This document shows, in pieces, positions 1 through 8,745 of a stretch of 28,982 nt of DNA. The stretch spans positions 1 to 28,982 of IMG/VR virus record IMGVR_UViG_3300042440_000042. The stretch is one strand, 5' to 3'. The first letter of the stretch is position 1. Each line of letters starts with the position of its first letter. The DNA is from a virus. Its lineage: Duplodnaviria > Caudoviricetes. Position numbers and translations under genes: made by a program. The notes under the pieces were generated by a model. That model did no database searches. It saw only the letters and a list, made by a program, of their open reading frames with translations, and was not told the DNA's origin.

Positions 1-65
1 GCGCAGAGGCCTGGGTGCTCATCGCCCACATTCGACGGGTCACACGTCATCTTGCAAGGGCTTGA
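1..65 (+). CDS. IS5-family transposase, last 20 codons only
   Basis: Manual translation from nt 3: AEAWVLIAHIRRVTRHLARA*. Not in the ORF track because it has no start within the window. Confidence 0.7.
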   Translation, partial: AEAWVLIAHIRRVTRHLARA

Positions 66-94
66 AAATGATCGGGTAGTTTTGAATCAGACTC
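1..94 (+). mobile_element. Right end of an IS5-family (IS1031-like group) insertion sequence, truncated by the window edge
   Basis: Frame from nt 3 reads AEAWVLIAHIRRVTRHLARA-stop (TGA 63-65), matching the C-terminus typical of IS5/IS1031-group transposases. It is followed by TTTTGAATCAGACTC (80-94), resembling their terminal IR, and TGA (95-97), fitting a TNA 3-bp target duplication. The left end is outside the window. Confidence 0.75.
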
Positions 95-309
95 TGAGAG
101 GAATGAAGAACACTATGTGTCTCTGACATGGATGCCTCCCTCATGCTGGTTCCTACGAAACCGTTATGGCACATACGATGCCGTCGGGTGGGGGCATCCA
201 CCGCATCAGTTCACTCCTCGCGCTCACCCTCAACACCTGCCAGCACCCCATGCGGTGCCACCCGAACCGGTAAATGCGATACCCAATCGCAACTCCTGAG
301 TCCGCCCCC

Positions 310-1170
310 ATGACCTATGCCAGCATCGAGTCCTCTCCCGCCGAGGGCCGACCCTATTTCCTCTACCAGTTTGTGGAAGACGATCAGGTCTCGCGCTTCA
401 CCAGCCGGGCTGCGGCCTGGACCAGCGCGGGGAGCGGCGGGACGGAGATCACCTGGGAGCCCGCAGCCGTGGCCCATGGCGATGTGGTGCAGACGAGCGC
501 GATCGAGCGCGGGCGGCTGGAGCTGACCTGGCCACTCTCGCATCCCTTCGCGCGGCGCTTTCTCGCGCCGCTGGGCAGCACGCCCATTACGCTGACGATC
601 TTCCGGGGCCACGAGCAGGTGCTGGGCGAGACGGTCGCGCATTGGAAAGGCCGCGTGGTGGGCGCCGAGGTGGAAGGGCAGCGCATCTTGCTGCAGGCCG
701 AGTCGATCTTCAGCACGCTGCGCCGCGCGGGGGTGCGGGCGAAGTATCAGCGGCTTTGCCGCCATGCTCTTTACGGGCGCGGCTGCGGGCTCGATATCGC
801 TCTGCACTGGCTGACGGGGACGGTTACGGCCGTTGCCGGCAATGCCTTGACGATCCCTGAGGCAGCTGCACAACCCGATGGCTGGATCCGCGGCGGGGTG
901 CTGCGCTTTGGCGTGCAGCTCGGCTTCATCACTGGCCATGCCGGCGCGGTGTTAACCCTCTCGCGCCCGATGCCGGATCTGGCTGCAGCTTTTGCCACGC
1001 CTGAGATCGATCCGGACACGGGCGAGCCACTGCCGGTCCTGCTCGACATCGCGCCGGGCTGCGATCTGCGCGCAACCACCTGCGCGGCAAAATTCGGCAA
1101 TCTTCTCAATTTCGGGGGCTTTCCCGAGATCCCCGGCCGCAACCCCCTGGGCGGCGGCTCCATCGTCTGA
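310..1170 (+). CDS. Phage tail hub protein, BR0599/DUF2163 family
   Basis: C-terminal PGCD...TCAAKFGNLLNFGGFPEIPGRNP and central CRHALYGRGCGL are family hallmarks. Start placed at ATG 310 (MTYASIESS); the ORF track starts at 274. Confidence 0.9.
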   Translation: MTYASIESSPAEGRPYFLYQFVEDDQVSRFTSRAAAWTSAGSGGTEITWEPAAVAHGDVVQTSAIERGRLELTWPLSHPFARRFLAPLGSTPITLTIFRGHEQVLGETVAHWKGRVVGAEVEGQRILLQAESIFSTLRRAGVRAKYQRLCRHALYGRGCGLDIALHWLTGTVTAVAGNALTIPEAAAQPDGWIRGGVLRFGVQLGFITGHAGAVLTLSRPMPDLAAAFATPEIDPDTGEPLPVLLDIAPGCDLRATTCAAKFGNLLNFGGFPEIPGRNPLGGGSIV

Positions 1171-1209
1171 CGTGCCCTGCAGGCGCCAATCCGCAATCGG
1201 CAATCTCTC

Positions 1210-1458
1210 ATGGTCTGGACCTTCATCGCGCGGCTCGTTCTCGGGCTGGTGCTCTCGGCGATTTCCTATGCGCTGAGCCCGCGCCCCAAGATCGAGAAAC
1301 CCCAGGCCGCCGGGCTTGACGACTTCTCGCTGCCCACCGCCGAGGAAGGGCGAGCGATCCCAGTGGTGTTCGGGACGGTACTGATCACCGGGCCGAATGT
1401 CGTCTGGGCAGGCGATCTCAAGGTCGATCCGATCAGGAAGAAAGGCGGCAAGAAGTGA
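1210..1458 (+). CDS. Small phage tail-assembly protein (82 aa)
   Basis: Hydrophobic N-terminus, PTAEEGRAIPVVFGT motif, NVVWAGD and basic KKGGKK end, as seen between hub and tail-tip genes of siphoviruses. Confidence 0.8.
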   Translation: MVWTFIARLVLGLVLSAISYALSPRPKIEKPQAAGLDDFSLPTAEEGRAIPVVFGTVLITGPNVVWAGDLKVDPIRKKGGKK

Positions 1459-1658
1459 CGCGCGTGACCATCCAGGACCTGCGCACCGCGCGTTATTGCC
1501 TCGCGGGCGTGCGGCCATGGTTTCGTCGCCACGGGTTCGCCTGGCAGGACTTCCTCGCCAACGGCATTGAGGTCGACCGGCTGCGCGCGACCGGGGATGC
1601 GCTGGTGGAGCCCGTGATCCGGATCGCCGAGATGCGGGAAGGCGCACATGGGCGGTAG
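1455..1658 (+). CDS. Small conserved phage tail-region protein (67 aa)
   Basis: GTGA overlap with the upstream gene. YCLAGVRPWFRRHGFAWQDFLANGI motif typical of the small gene preceding this type of tail-tip protein. Confidence 0.75.
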   Translation: MTRVTIQDLRTARYCLAGVRPWFRRHGFAWQDFLANGIEVDRLRATGDALVEPVIRIAEMREGAHGR

Positions 1659-4600
1659 CAAGAAGCAGACCGTCGGCTTTCGCTATTCGCTGGGCATGCA
1701 TCTGGCGCTCTGTCACGGGCCGGTCGATGCCATCCGCGAGATCCTCGTCGATCGCCGCACTGCCTGGTCAGTGACGACCGGCAGCAGCACAAGCGGTGGC
1801 GGCGCGGCCGTGGAGACGCGTATAGGCACGGTCGGAAGTATGGTCGCCACCGCCGCGCTCGCGGGCGACCCCGGCGCGACGATCACCTTCCCCGGCACCC
1901 TCGCAGGGGTGCGCATCGGGCAGGAGTATCGCTTGCGCCTCGCGAACGGCTCCAGCCAGACCATCACGCTGCAAGGGGTGAGCTTTGATGCGGAGTTCAC
2001 GATCAGCAGCTTGACCGTGCTACCGGAAACCCTGAGCTTCCCCACTCAGGCCGTGGAGATATTCGAGGCCGCTTCCGGCGCCAGCAACGCCGGTGCAGGT
2101 GGTGGGCGCATCCGGATCGACAAGCCCGACCTTTTCGGCGGCGAGAAGCGGGAGGGCGGCATTGTCGGCGATGTCGATGTGCTTATGGGAGCCACTAGCC
2201 AGGGGCAGAACGACTATCTGAGCGCCCGCATGAACGGCAACGTGCCCGCCTATCGCGGGCTCTGCTCTCTGGTACTGCGACGGGTCTATCTGGGCATCAA
2301 CCCCTACCTCAAGCCATGGGCCGTGCGCCTGACCCGCGTGCTGACCAGCGAGGCCGGGGCGGCGCAATGGTATCCCGAGAAGGCCCCGATCGTGCCCGAG
2401 GCCAATATCTCGGACGCGGCGATCTACATCACGCTCGATGTCTCAGGCTCGATGTCAGGCACGCGGATGGCCGCGCAGAAGGCAGGCGTGGCCGCGTTGA
2501 TCCGCGAGATCGGTGCCAGCGTCGATCCCGACCGCCCCAACGACATCCGCATCGTGCTCTGGAACGCGGGCGTCGCAGGATCGATCGAGCGCCGCAACAT
2601 GGAACCCGAGGATTACGAGGCACTCGAGGCCTGGATGCTGGCGCTTTCGAACAGCACTTCGGGGGGCACGAACTTCAACGCGGCCTTCGCAGAGGCCAGC
2701 ACCTTCTTTGCTGGCGGCGGATCCAAGCGACGGATCGTCATCTTCGTGACCGATGGCGAACCCTCGCCCGTTTCCTCAGTCGAAGCGGCCGAGGCCACCA
2801 TCGCCAGCCTGCCGCCCGTCGACATCTTCGGCTTCAACATCGCGCTGGCCAATACGACCTATACCGCGCGCATCGACAACACGCCTGTGGACGGGGTGCC
2901 GGTGATCCCGCCCGGCAACCCGCAGGCGCTGGTGGCCTCCCTGCGCGGGGCGTTCGGCAACGGCCCGGACATGAACCCGGCCCATATCATCCGCGAATGC
3001 CTTACCAACCGCGACTGGGGTCTGGGCTATTCCACAGTCGAGATCGGGACCAGTTTCACCTCCGCGGCGGACACGCTCTACACCGAGGGCTTCGGCCTCT
3101 CGCTGATCTGGCAGCAGGACAGCTCGATCGAGGAGTTCATCGCCAGCGTCCTCGACCATATCGACGCGACGCTGTTCATCGACCGGCGCACCGGGCTCTG
3201 GGAGCTTAAGCTGATCCGGGCGGATTACACCGCCAGCACGCTACCGCTGTTTGATGAGACAAATGTCGTGGATTGGGGGCGGCTGGGGCGGCGCGCGCCC
3301 TCCGACCTCGTCAACAGCGTGACCGTGCGCTTTACCGATGCCTGGACGGACGACACGGGGGCGGTCAGCGTGACAGACACGGCCCGGGTGCAGTCCATGG
3401 GCGAGGTGATCGCGACCACGCTCGATTATCCGGGCATCCGCTACCAGGGGCTGGCGGTGCGCGTGGCCGAGCGCGACCTGCGGGCGCTTTCCGTGCCGCT
3501 GCTCACGGGCGAGATCGTGGTCAACCGCGAGGGTGCGGACCTCGGGCCCGGCGATGTGATCCGGCTGCGCTCGGCCCGCCTCGGGCTTGATGATGTCATC
3601 ATGCGCATCTCCGAGATCGGTCAGGGCGACGGGCGCGACAACGGCATCCGCCTCAAGCTCGCGGAGGATGTCTTTGCACTGGGCGCGACCGCCATCGCAG
3701 GCGGACGCATGCCGACCGGCACCGGGGTTGCCGCGCCGCCGCGCGCGCTGACCCGGCGCATGGTCGAGGAGGCTCCGTACTGGCTGCTCGTCCGCGAACT
3801 GGGCCACAGCGAGGCCGATCGCATCCTGTCGGAGGATCCGGATGCGGGCACACTAGTTGCCACCGGCGAGCGCCCCAGTGCCGACGCGCTGGCGGCCGAG
3901 CTCTGGATCGACCCCGGCACCGGTCCGGCACAGGAGGGTGTGATCGCGTTCGCGCCCACGGCGCTGCTGGCGGCGGACGTCTCAGACCACCCGGAGACGC
4001 GCGTTCTGCCCGTCACCGGGTGGCGCGACATCGGCGAGGTCGGGATCGGCACGCTGGCGAGCATCGGCGGCGAACTTGTGCGCGTTGACGGAATCACGTT
4101 CACGGCGATCACTGTGGGCCGGGGGTGCCTCGACACCGTGCCGCGCGCGCATGCGGCGGGCACGCCAGTGGTCTTCTTTGACGAAGGTGCGCGGATAACT
4201 GAAGAAAGCTGGGCAGCGGGAGAGACGCTGGCGATCCGGCTGCTGCCGGAGACCGGGCGCGGCACGCTCGCCTTTGCGCTGGCGCCCGAGAACGGCCTGA
4301 CGCTGGACCGTCGTGCCATCCGCCCCCTGCCGCCCGGTCGGGTTCAGATCGATGGCAGTTACGCGCCGGACGTCGATGCGCTGGTGGCGGGCAACGTTGA
4401 ACTGACCTGGACGCATCGCGACCGGCTGACCCAGACCAGCCCCGTGATCGTCGATCACACGGGCGGCTCCATCGGACCGGAGCCGGGCGTCGGTTATGCG
4501 CTCGAGGTGCGCTGGATCGACCCCGACACTGGCGCGGCTCTCATGCCGCCAGGCATCACCATCGACGCTGAGAGCGGCACAAGCTGGTTACTGTCGCCCG

Positions 4601-4776
4601 AAGATGTGCCGGAGAGTGGCGCACCCGAGCGCACGGCTGAAATCGACATCGCCGTTCGGGCGCGGCGACTGGTCGATGGCATCTGGCTGACCGACCGGGA
4701 CGCACGCACCTTCCGCCTGACCGCACCCTTCGCCGCCGGCTGGGATCGCGGCTGGGGGTTCCTCTGGGGCAGCTGA
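1648..4776 (+). CDS. Phage tail-tip/host-specificity protein (1042 aa) with inserted vWA domain
   Basis: MGGSKKQTVGFRY...LCHGPVD, LFGGEKREGG, NPYLKPW, DMNPAHIIRECLTNRDWGLG and C-terminal RGCLDTVPRAH / TWTHRDRL motifs. vWA MIDAS elements LDVSGSM, GGTNF and IFVTDGEP at about aa 256-436. Confidence 0.9.
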   Translation: MGGSKKQTVGFRYSLGMHLALCHGPVDAIREILVDRRTAWSVTTGSSTSGGGAAVETRIGTVGSMVATAALAGDPGATITFPGTLAGVRIGQEYRLRLANGSSQTITLQGVSFDAEFTISSLTVLPETLSFPTQAVEIFEAASGASNAGAGGGRIRIDKPDLFGGEKREGGIVGDVDVLMGATSQGQNDYLSARMNGNVPAYRGLCSLVLRRVYLGINPYLKPWAVRLTRVLTSEAGAAQWYPEKAPIVPEANISDAAIYITLDVSGSMSGTRMAAQKAGVAALIREIGASVDPDRPNDIRIVLWNAGVAGSIERRNMEPEDYEALEAWMLALSNSTSGGTNFNAAFAEASTFFAGGGSKRRIVIFVTDGEPSPVSSVEAAEATIASLPPVDIFGFNIALANTTYTARIDNTPVDGVPVIPPGNPQALVASLRGAFGNGPDMNPAHIIRECLTNRDWGLGYSTVEIGTSFTSAADTLYTEGFGLSLIWQQDSSIEEFIASVLDHIDATLFIDRRTGLWELKLIRADYTASTLPLFDETNVVDWGRLGRRAPSDLVNSVTVRFTDAWTDDTGAVSVTDTARVQSMGEVIATTLDYPGIRYQGLAVRVAERDLRALSVPLLTGEIVVNREGADLGPGDVIRLRSARLGLDDVIMRISEIGQGDGRDNGIRLKLAEDVFALGATAIAGGRMPTGTGVAAPPRALTRRMVEEAPYWLLVRELGHSEADRILSEDPDAGTLVATGERPSADALAAELWIDPGTGPAQEGVIAFAPTALLAADVSDHPETRVLPVTGWRDIGEVGIGTLASIGGELVRVDGITFTAITVGRGCLDTVPRAHAAGTPVVFFDEGARITEESWAAGETLAIRLLPETGRGTLAFALAPENGLTLDRRAIRPLPPGRVQIDGSYAPDVDALVAGNVELTWTHRDRLTQTSPVIVDHTGGSIGPEPGVGYALEVRWIDPDTGAALMPPGITIDAESGTSWLLSPEDVPESGAPERTAEIDIAVRARRLVDGIWLTDRDARTFRLTAPFAAGWDRGWGFLWGS

Positions 4777-4824
4777 ATCCGGGCTTCCCCACAATCATCA
4801 CGACCAACATGAAAGAGGACGAGC

Positions 4825-5499
4825 ATGGCGGAACGGATCATGCCGGGGCTGGGGCTGCGCGCCTTCTACGAGCCCGGCCAACGCAACTGGGGCACCAGCG
4901 TCAGCGAAGACCTGCGCCGCCTCTCGGTGCTGGTGCAGGCGCGTGCGCTGTCGCGCAGCACGGCTCTGCCCGGGACAGGCGCAGCGGGAGACGTGTACAT
5001 TGTGCCCGAAGGCGCGCCCGCCAATCCCAGCGCTGTGGCCCTCTGGGACGGTGAGCCGGGAAGCGAGACATGGGTACTCCTCACCCCGCAGCCCGGCTGG
5101 CAGGTCTGGATTGCCGACGAGGCCCGGCATGTGCGCTTTGAAGGCACGGCGTGGGTCGAGGTGCCCTGCCCCGGCATCGTGCCGATCCGCACGCTCACGG
5201 CAACGGCGCACACGCTGGAACTGATCGATCTGGGCAGCATTCTGGAAACCACGGGCGCTTCAAGCGTGACCGTGACGATCCCCGAAGAGGCGAGCGTCCC
5301 CTTCGAGATCGGCACGCTGGTCAACATCACGCAAATCGGTGCCGGCGTGGCAACAATCACGGCCGCGGCTGGCGTGTCGCTCAACGGTATTGTGGGCGGC
5401 TCGGTCGCCCTCGACGGCCAGTGGTCCGGTGCGGCGCTGGTGAAGCGCGGGGCGGATGCCTGGGTCATTCAGGGCGCACTGGCGGGAGCGGTTGCATGA
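4825..5499 (+). CDS. DUF2793-like virion fibre/spike protein (224 aa)
   Basis: GAGG RBS. N-half LVQARALSR..P...GDVYIVP...VALWDG...W...PQPGWQVWIADE matches DUF2793. The beta-rich C-half (VTIP..ASVPFEIGT...QIGAG) is typical of tail-fibre C-terminal modules. Confidence 0.75.
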   Translation: MAERIMPGLGLRAFYEPGQRNWGTSVSEDLRRLSVLVQARALSRSTALPGTGAAGDVYIVPEGAPANPSAVALWDGEPGSETWVLLTPQPGWQVWIADEARHVRFEGTAWVEVPCPGIVPIRTLTATAHTLELIDLGSILETTGASSVTVTIPEEASVPFEIGTLVNITQIGAGVATITAAAGVSLNGIVGGSVALDGQWSGAALVKRGADAWVIQGALAGAVA

Positions 5500-6365
5500 G
5501 TCTGCTGATGCTGCGCGCCGCGATCCTGGTGCAAGGCGGCGACGCGGCCCCACCCATCGATATCGGCAGCGCCTGGGAACTCGACCCCACGCGCACCCCC
5601 GCAGGCTACACGCTCTCGGATGGGAACCAGTCCGCCATCAACACTTCCGGCGGCAGCGATTACCGCCGCTGGGTGCCCACAGCGAAGGCGATCCTGCCCT
5701 CGGATGGCCGGCGCTATTGGGAGGTGTTTTGCGCGCCCGGTGGCGCGGCCAGTTTCGACGGCTATCTGGGTGTGATCTCCGTCGAACAGCGCGACGACTT
5801 TGACGCAGGCGACAACCCGATCACGCTGGGCTCGATCGGCTATCGCGGCAACGGCTCGCTCTGGTCCTCGAACACCAGCACCGCCAGTCAGCGCCTGACC
5901 GGGCTCGCCCCCTTTGGCGCGGGCGATGTAGTGATGCTCGTGCTGGACCCGGCCAATGCCAGCCTCTGGATCGGGCTTAATGGCGTCTGGCGCGACGATC
6001 CCGTGGCCGGCGATGCGACATGGACATCCGCGCCCAGCGCCGCTTTCCACCCCCAGATCCAGGGGCGCGATCCGAGCGATGGCGGCACGCTGCGCTCGCT
6101 TCCCTCGCAGTTCAGCTATCCGGTCCCACCCGGGGTGAAGGCGCTGGGCTTTGAGGAGCCCGATCTGTCGATCTTTGAGGCCCATGCCTTCATCGAGATC
6201 GGATGGGATCGCGACCTCAGCGTGGCCGAATTCGAAACCTGGCTCGATCTCGGCGGTGGCGCCCGCCTCACATCGGGCAATGTCTCGCTCTTTCTCGATC
6301 ACGGCGGGGGCAAGCCCCTGACCGCCGCCCATGCCGCCCTCTACATCGAAGTGGAATTGCCATGA
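5496..6365 (+). CDS. SPRY/B30.2-like (ConA-fold) domain protein, putative receptor-binding virion protein (289 aa)
   Basis: ATGA overlap at 5496-5499; the ORF-track start at 5151 is too long. RRYWEV, YLGV and FGAGDVVMLVLDPANASLWIGLNGVW follow the SPRY pattern. Confidence 0.7.
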   Translation: MSLLMLRAAILVQGGDAAPPIDIGSAWELDPTRTPAGYTLSDGNQSAINTSGGSDYRRWVPTAKAILPSDGRRYWEVFCAPGGAASFDGYLGVISVEQRDDFDAGDNPITLGSIGYRGNGSLWSSNTSTASQRLTGLAPFGAGDVVMLVLDPANASLWIGLNGVWRDDPVAGDATWTSAPSAAFHPQIQGRDPSDGGTLRSLPSQFSYPVPPGVKALGFEEPDLSIFEAHAFIEIGWDRDLSVAEFETWLDLGGGARLTSGNVSLFLDHGGGKPLTAAHAALYIEVELP

Positions 6366-7360
6366 CCTACATCCTGCATCTGGGCCATCAGCCCACCGAC
6401 ATCTCCGGCATCTCGGGGCTGTTGAGCACCGTCGCTGCTGGCTTCGACGACACCCTCGATGTCAACGGCATCCGCTTCAACGGCTCGCGCACGCTCGCCG
6501 CGCCCTTCGCCGTGGGGTTCCCGGCGCCATCCGGGGACTTGTGGCTGGGGTTTCGCTACGTGCCCCCCAACAACGATTCCGAGAGCATCACCCAGAGCAA
6601 TGCCGGGTTTCTGGAGTTTTATGACGCGGACAATGTCAGGATCGCGCAGGTCCGTCCGCTCACAAGCACCAACCGCTATCATGCCGAGGCGCATGGGGAC
6701 ACGATCGAGCAGGGCAGCTCGAGCTACATTGCCGCCAACGGCCAGCCGCAATGGGTCGATGTTCGCGTCGCGGTAGGCGCCGACATCACCGTCGATTTCC
6801 ACGTCGATGGCGTCCTGCAGAGCACTGCCACCGCCGCCAACATGAGCGGCAAGGGCAAGCCGGTACAGGTCGTGTTCGCGAATGTCGGGTTGCACGGAAC
6901 CAGCCAGAACCGAACCTGGTACTACGCCCATATCGCCGTGCTCGACGGGGTCTCGACCATCGGGCGACGCTTCGTGCGCCGCAGCCCCAACGCCATCGCG
7001 ACATTCAACGAGATGGTGGGCAGTATCGATGCACTCAGCGATAATGATATCGCCACGCGCGTGGCGAGCAGCGCGCCCGGGCAGCGCATGTCTTTCTCGC
7101 TCACCGGGCCGACCGGCCCGGCCTCGGTCTCGGCCATCGCGGGCGTGCATATCAAGCAGATCGCACAGGCGGGCACGGATGGGCCCGACGCCACGGCGGG
7201 CTTCTTGCGCATCGGTGGGGTGAACCACGACGCCACCCCCGAGACCGTACCGGACCTTGCGCCCAAGCCCGTCTATTCCAGCTGGGCGGTCAATCCGGCC
7301 GATGCCAGCCCCTGGAGCGATCTTACGTTGCCCACCGAAGTCGGGATCCTGTCGGCATGA
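6362..7360 (+). CDS. Putative virion structural/receptor-binding protein (332 aa), beta-rich
   Basis: ATGA overlaps at both ends (6362-6365, 7357-7360). G/A/S/T-rich beta-strand composition and position between fibre and lysis genes. No family firmly recognised. Confidence 0.65.
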   Translation: MTYILHLGHQPTDISGISGLLSTVAAGFDDTLDVNGIRFNGSRTLAAPFAVGFPAPSGDLWLGFRYVPPNNDSESITQSNAGFLEFYDADNVRIAQVRPLTSTNRYHAEAHGDTIEQGSSSYIAANGQPQWVDVRVAVGADITVDFHVDGVLQSTATAANMSGKGKPVQVVFANVGLHGTSQNRTWYYAHIAVLDGVSTIGRRFVRRSPNAIATFNEMVGSIDALSDNDIATRVASSAPGQRMSFSLTGPTGPASVSAIAGVHIKQIAQAGTDGPDATAGFLRIGGVNHDATPETVPDLAPKPVYSSWAVNPADASPWSDLTLPTEVGILSA

Positions 7361-7665
7361 CACCGCAACCCTCCCTCTTCGAGCAGATCGCCCAGGCGTT
7401 CCGCGATCACGGCATCACCGCCGCGATCGGTGTCTGGTTCACCTTCATAGCGGGGCTCGCCACAGCGGTGACGAGGAAAGCTTTCACCAACGAAGCGCTG
7501 CTTCACAAGCTGGAACAGGAATTGCACGAGGAGCGCACGCGCATCGAGAAGCGCCGCGACGAGGATCGCAAGATCGACCACGACCGCCTCGCCCGGATCG
7601 AGCGCGATATCCATGACATGCGCAACCTGATCTTCGCTGCGTTTCAGCGCAAGGACGGGGGCTGA
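7357..7665 (+). CDS. Single-TM, coiled-coil membrane protein; putative holin (102 aa)
   Basis: One hydrophobic segment (ITAAIGVWFTFIAGLATAV) followed by a charged coiled coil, directly upstream of the endolysin. Holin role inferred from position only. Confidence 0.55.
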   Translation: MTPQPSLFEQIAQAFRDHGITAAIGVWFTFIAGLATAVTRKAFTNEALLHKLEQELHEERTRIEKRRDEDRKIDHDRLARIERDIHDMRNLIFAAFQRKDGG

Positions 7666-7807
7666 CCGCACCGCCCAGCGCCCGCTCTGGCCACCGGTCC
7701 ACAAGCCAACTCTGGCAGACTGCTCAAATCTCAACACCGACAGCCATTCCGCCGCGCCAACGCACGGCGGTCCCTTCCGCATGCCCATCACCCCAAGGAG
7801 CCGCCCC

Positions 7808-8488
7808 ATGTCCGACCCGATCCGCACCTTCCGCCATTTCCGCGAGGTCCCCGACAACCTCTGGCGCTGGCCGAATTTCTCGCCCGCTGAAATCGCCTGC
7901 CGCGGCACGGGCCAGTTGAAGCTGCACGCGCAAGCGCTGGACAAGCTGCAGGCCCTGCGCGACCGGCTTGGCAAGCCACTGATCATCCGCTCTGCCTATC
8001 GCTCGCCCCAGCATAACCGCAATGTCGGTGGCGCCCCGCGCTCGAAGCACATGGATGGCACAGCCTTCGACATCGCTATGTCGAACCACGAACCCGCAGC
8101 CTTCGAGGCCGCTGCGCGCGCGGTGGGGTTCCTTGGCTTCGGGTATTACCCGCGCTCCGGCTTCATGCATGTCGACCTTGGGCCGGCGCGGTCGTGGGGC
8201 GACCCCTTTCCCGCCCGCGCGCTGCCGTTCGCCTCGGAGACCCCGCCCGCGCGCGAGGCGCTGGCGCAGAGCCGGACGCTGCGGGGCACGGGGGCGGCCG
8301 GGGCCGCGACCGTGGGGGCCGCCGGCGTCGAGGTTGCGCAGGAGGCTCTCGCCGAAGCGCAGGGCGCGGTCCTGCCGCTGGTGCCATATCTCAACACCCT
8401 TCGCTGGGTCTTCATCGCCCTGGCGCTGGCCGGCATCGCCGTGGCCGTCTGGGCAAGGCTCGACGACTGGAAGCGAGGGTTGCGGTGA
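7808..8488 (+). CDS. Peptidase M15 (D-Ala-D-Ala carboxypeptidase/YcbK-like) endolysin with C-terminal TM helix (226 aa)
   Basis: AAGGAG RBS at 7795-7800. SAYRSPQHN, SKHMDGTAFDI (H-x6-D) and FMHVD zinc-ligand motifs. C-terminal WVFIALALAGIAVAVW. Confidence 0.9.
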   Translation: MSDPIRTFRHFREVPDNLWRWPNFSPAEIACRGTGQLKLHAQALDKLQALRDRLGKPLIIRSAYRSPQHNRNVGGAPRSKHMDGTAFDIAMSNHEPAAFEAAARAVGFLGFGYYPRSGFMHVDLGPARSWGDPFPARALPFASETPPAREALAQSRTLRGTGAAGAATVGAAGVEVAQEALAEAQGAVLPLVPYLNTLRWVFIALALAGIAVAVWARLDDWKRGLR

Positions 8489-8745
8489 TGTGGGCTAGCC
8501 TCGTGGTCGGGATCCTTGCCCGGCCTTGGGCGCGGCGCGCGGCGGCCATCGCCCTCGCCGTGTTCACCATCACCTTGTTCATCCTCAACCTCCGCCGCAC
8601 GGCCGAGCGCGCAGGCCGCGCCGCCGAACGGCTCGACCAGCTGGAGCAGACCGATGCCATCCACCGTCAGATGCTGGACGCGACCGCACGCCGCCCTCGC
8701 AGCCGTGACGATCTTCTTGACCGGCTGCGTGGGGGTGACTTCTGA
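8488..8745 (+). CDS. Putative inner-membrane spanin (Rz-like, 85 aa)
   Basis: TGATG overlap with the endolysin stop. N-terminal TM (AAAIALAVFTITLFIL) followed by a helical charged region. Confidence 0.7.
   Translation: MWASLVVGILARPWARRAAAIALAVFTITLFILNLRRTAERAGRAAERLDQLEQTDAIHRQMLDATARRPRSRDDLLDRLRGGDF

Noticed and set aside
310-4776. Gene transfer agent (RcGTA-like) cluster
   Set aside because: It shares the DUF2163/BR0599 hub family, but there is no NlpC/P60 gene between hub and tail tip. The two small tail genes, the attached lysis cassette and the morons fit a prophage.
5469-7363. Long antisense ORFs (5469-6332, 6341-7363; likewise 211-939, 3621-4319, 10635-11441)
   Set aside because: Shadows of GC3-biased genes on the opposite strand, with no motifs or RBS and unnatural composition.
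7749-7770. Hairpin CCGCCG-N10-CGGCGG before the endolysin as an intrinsic terminator
   Set aside because: Followed only by TCCCTT, with no real U-tract. It may be a degenerate terminator but cannot be supported.
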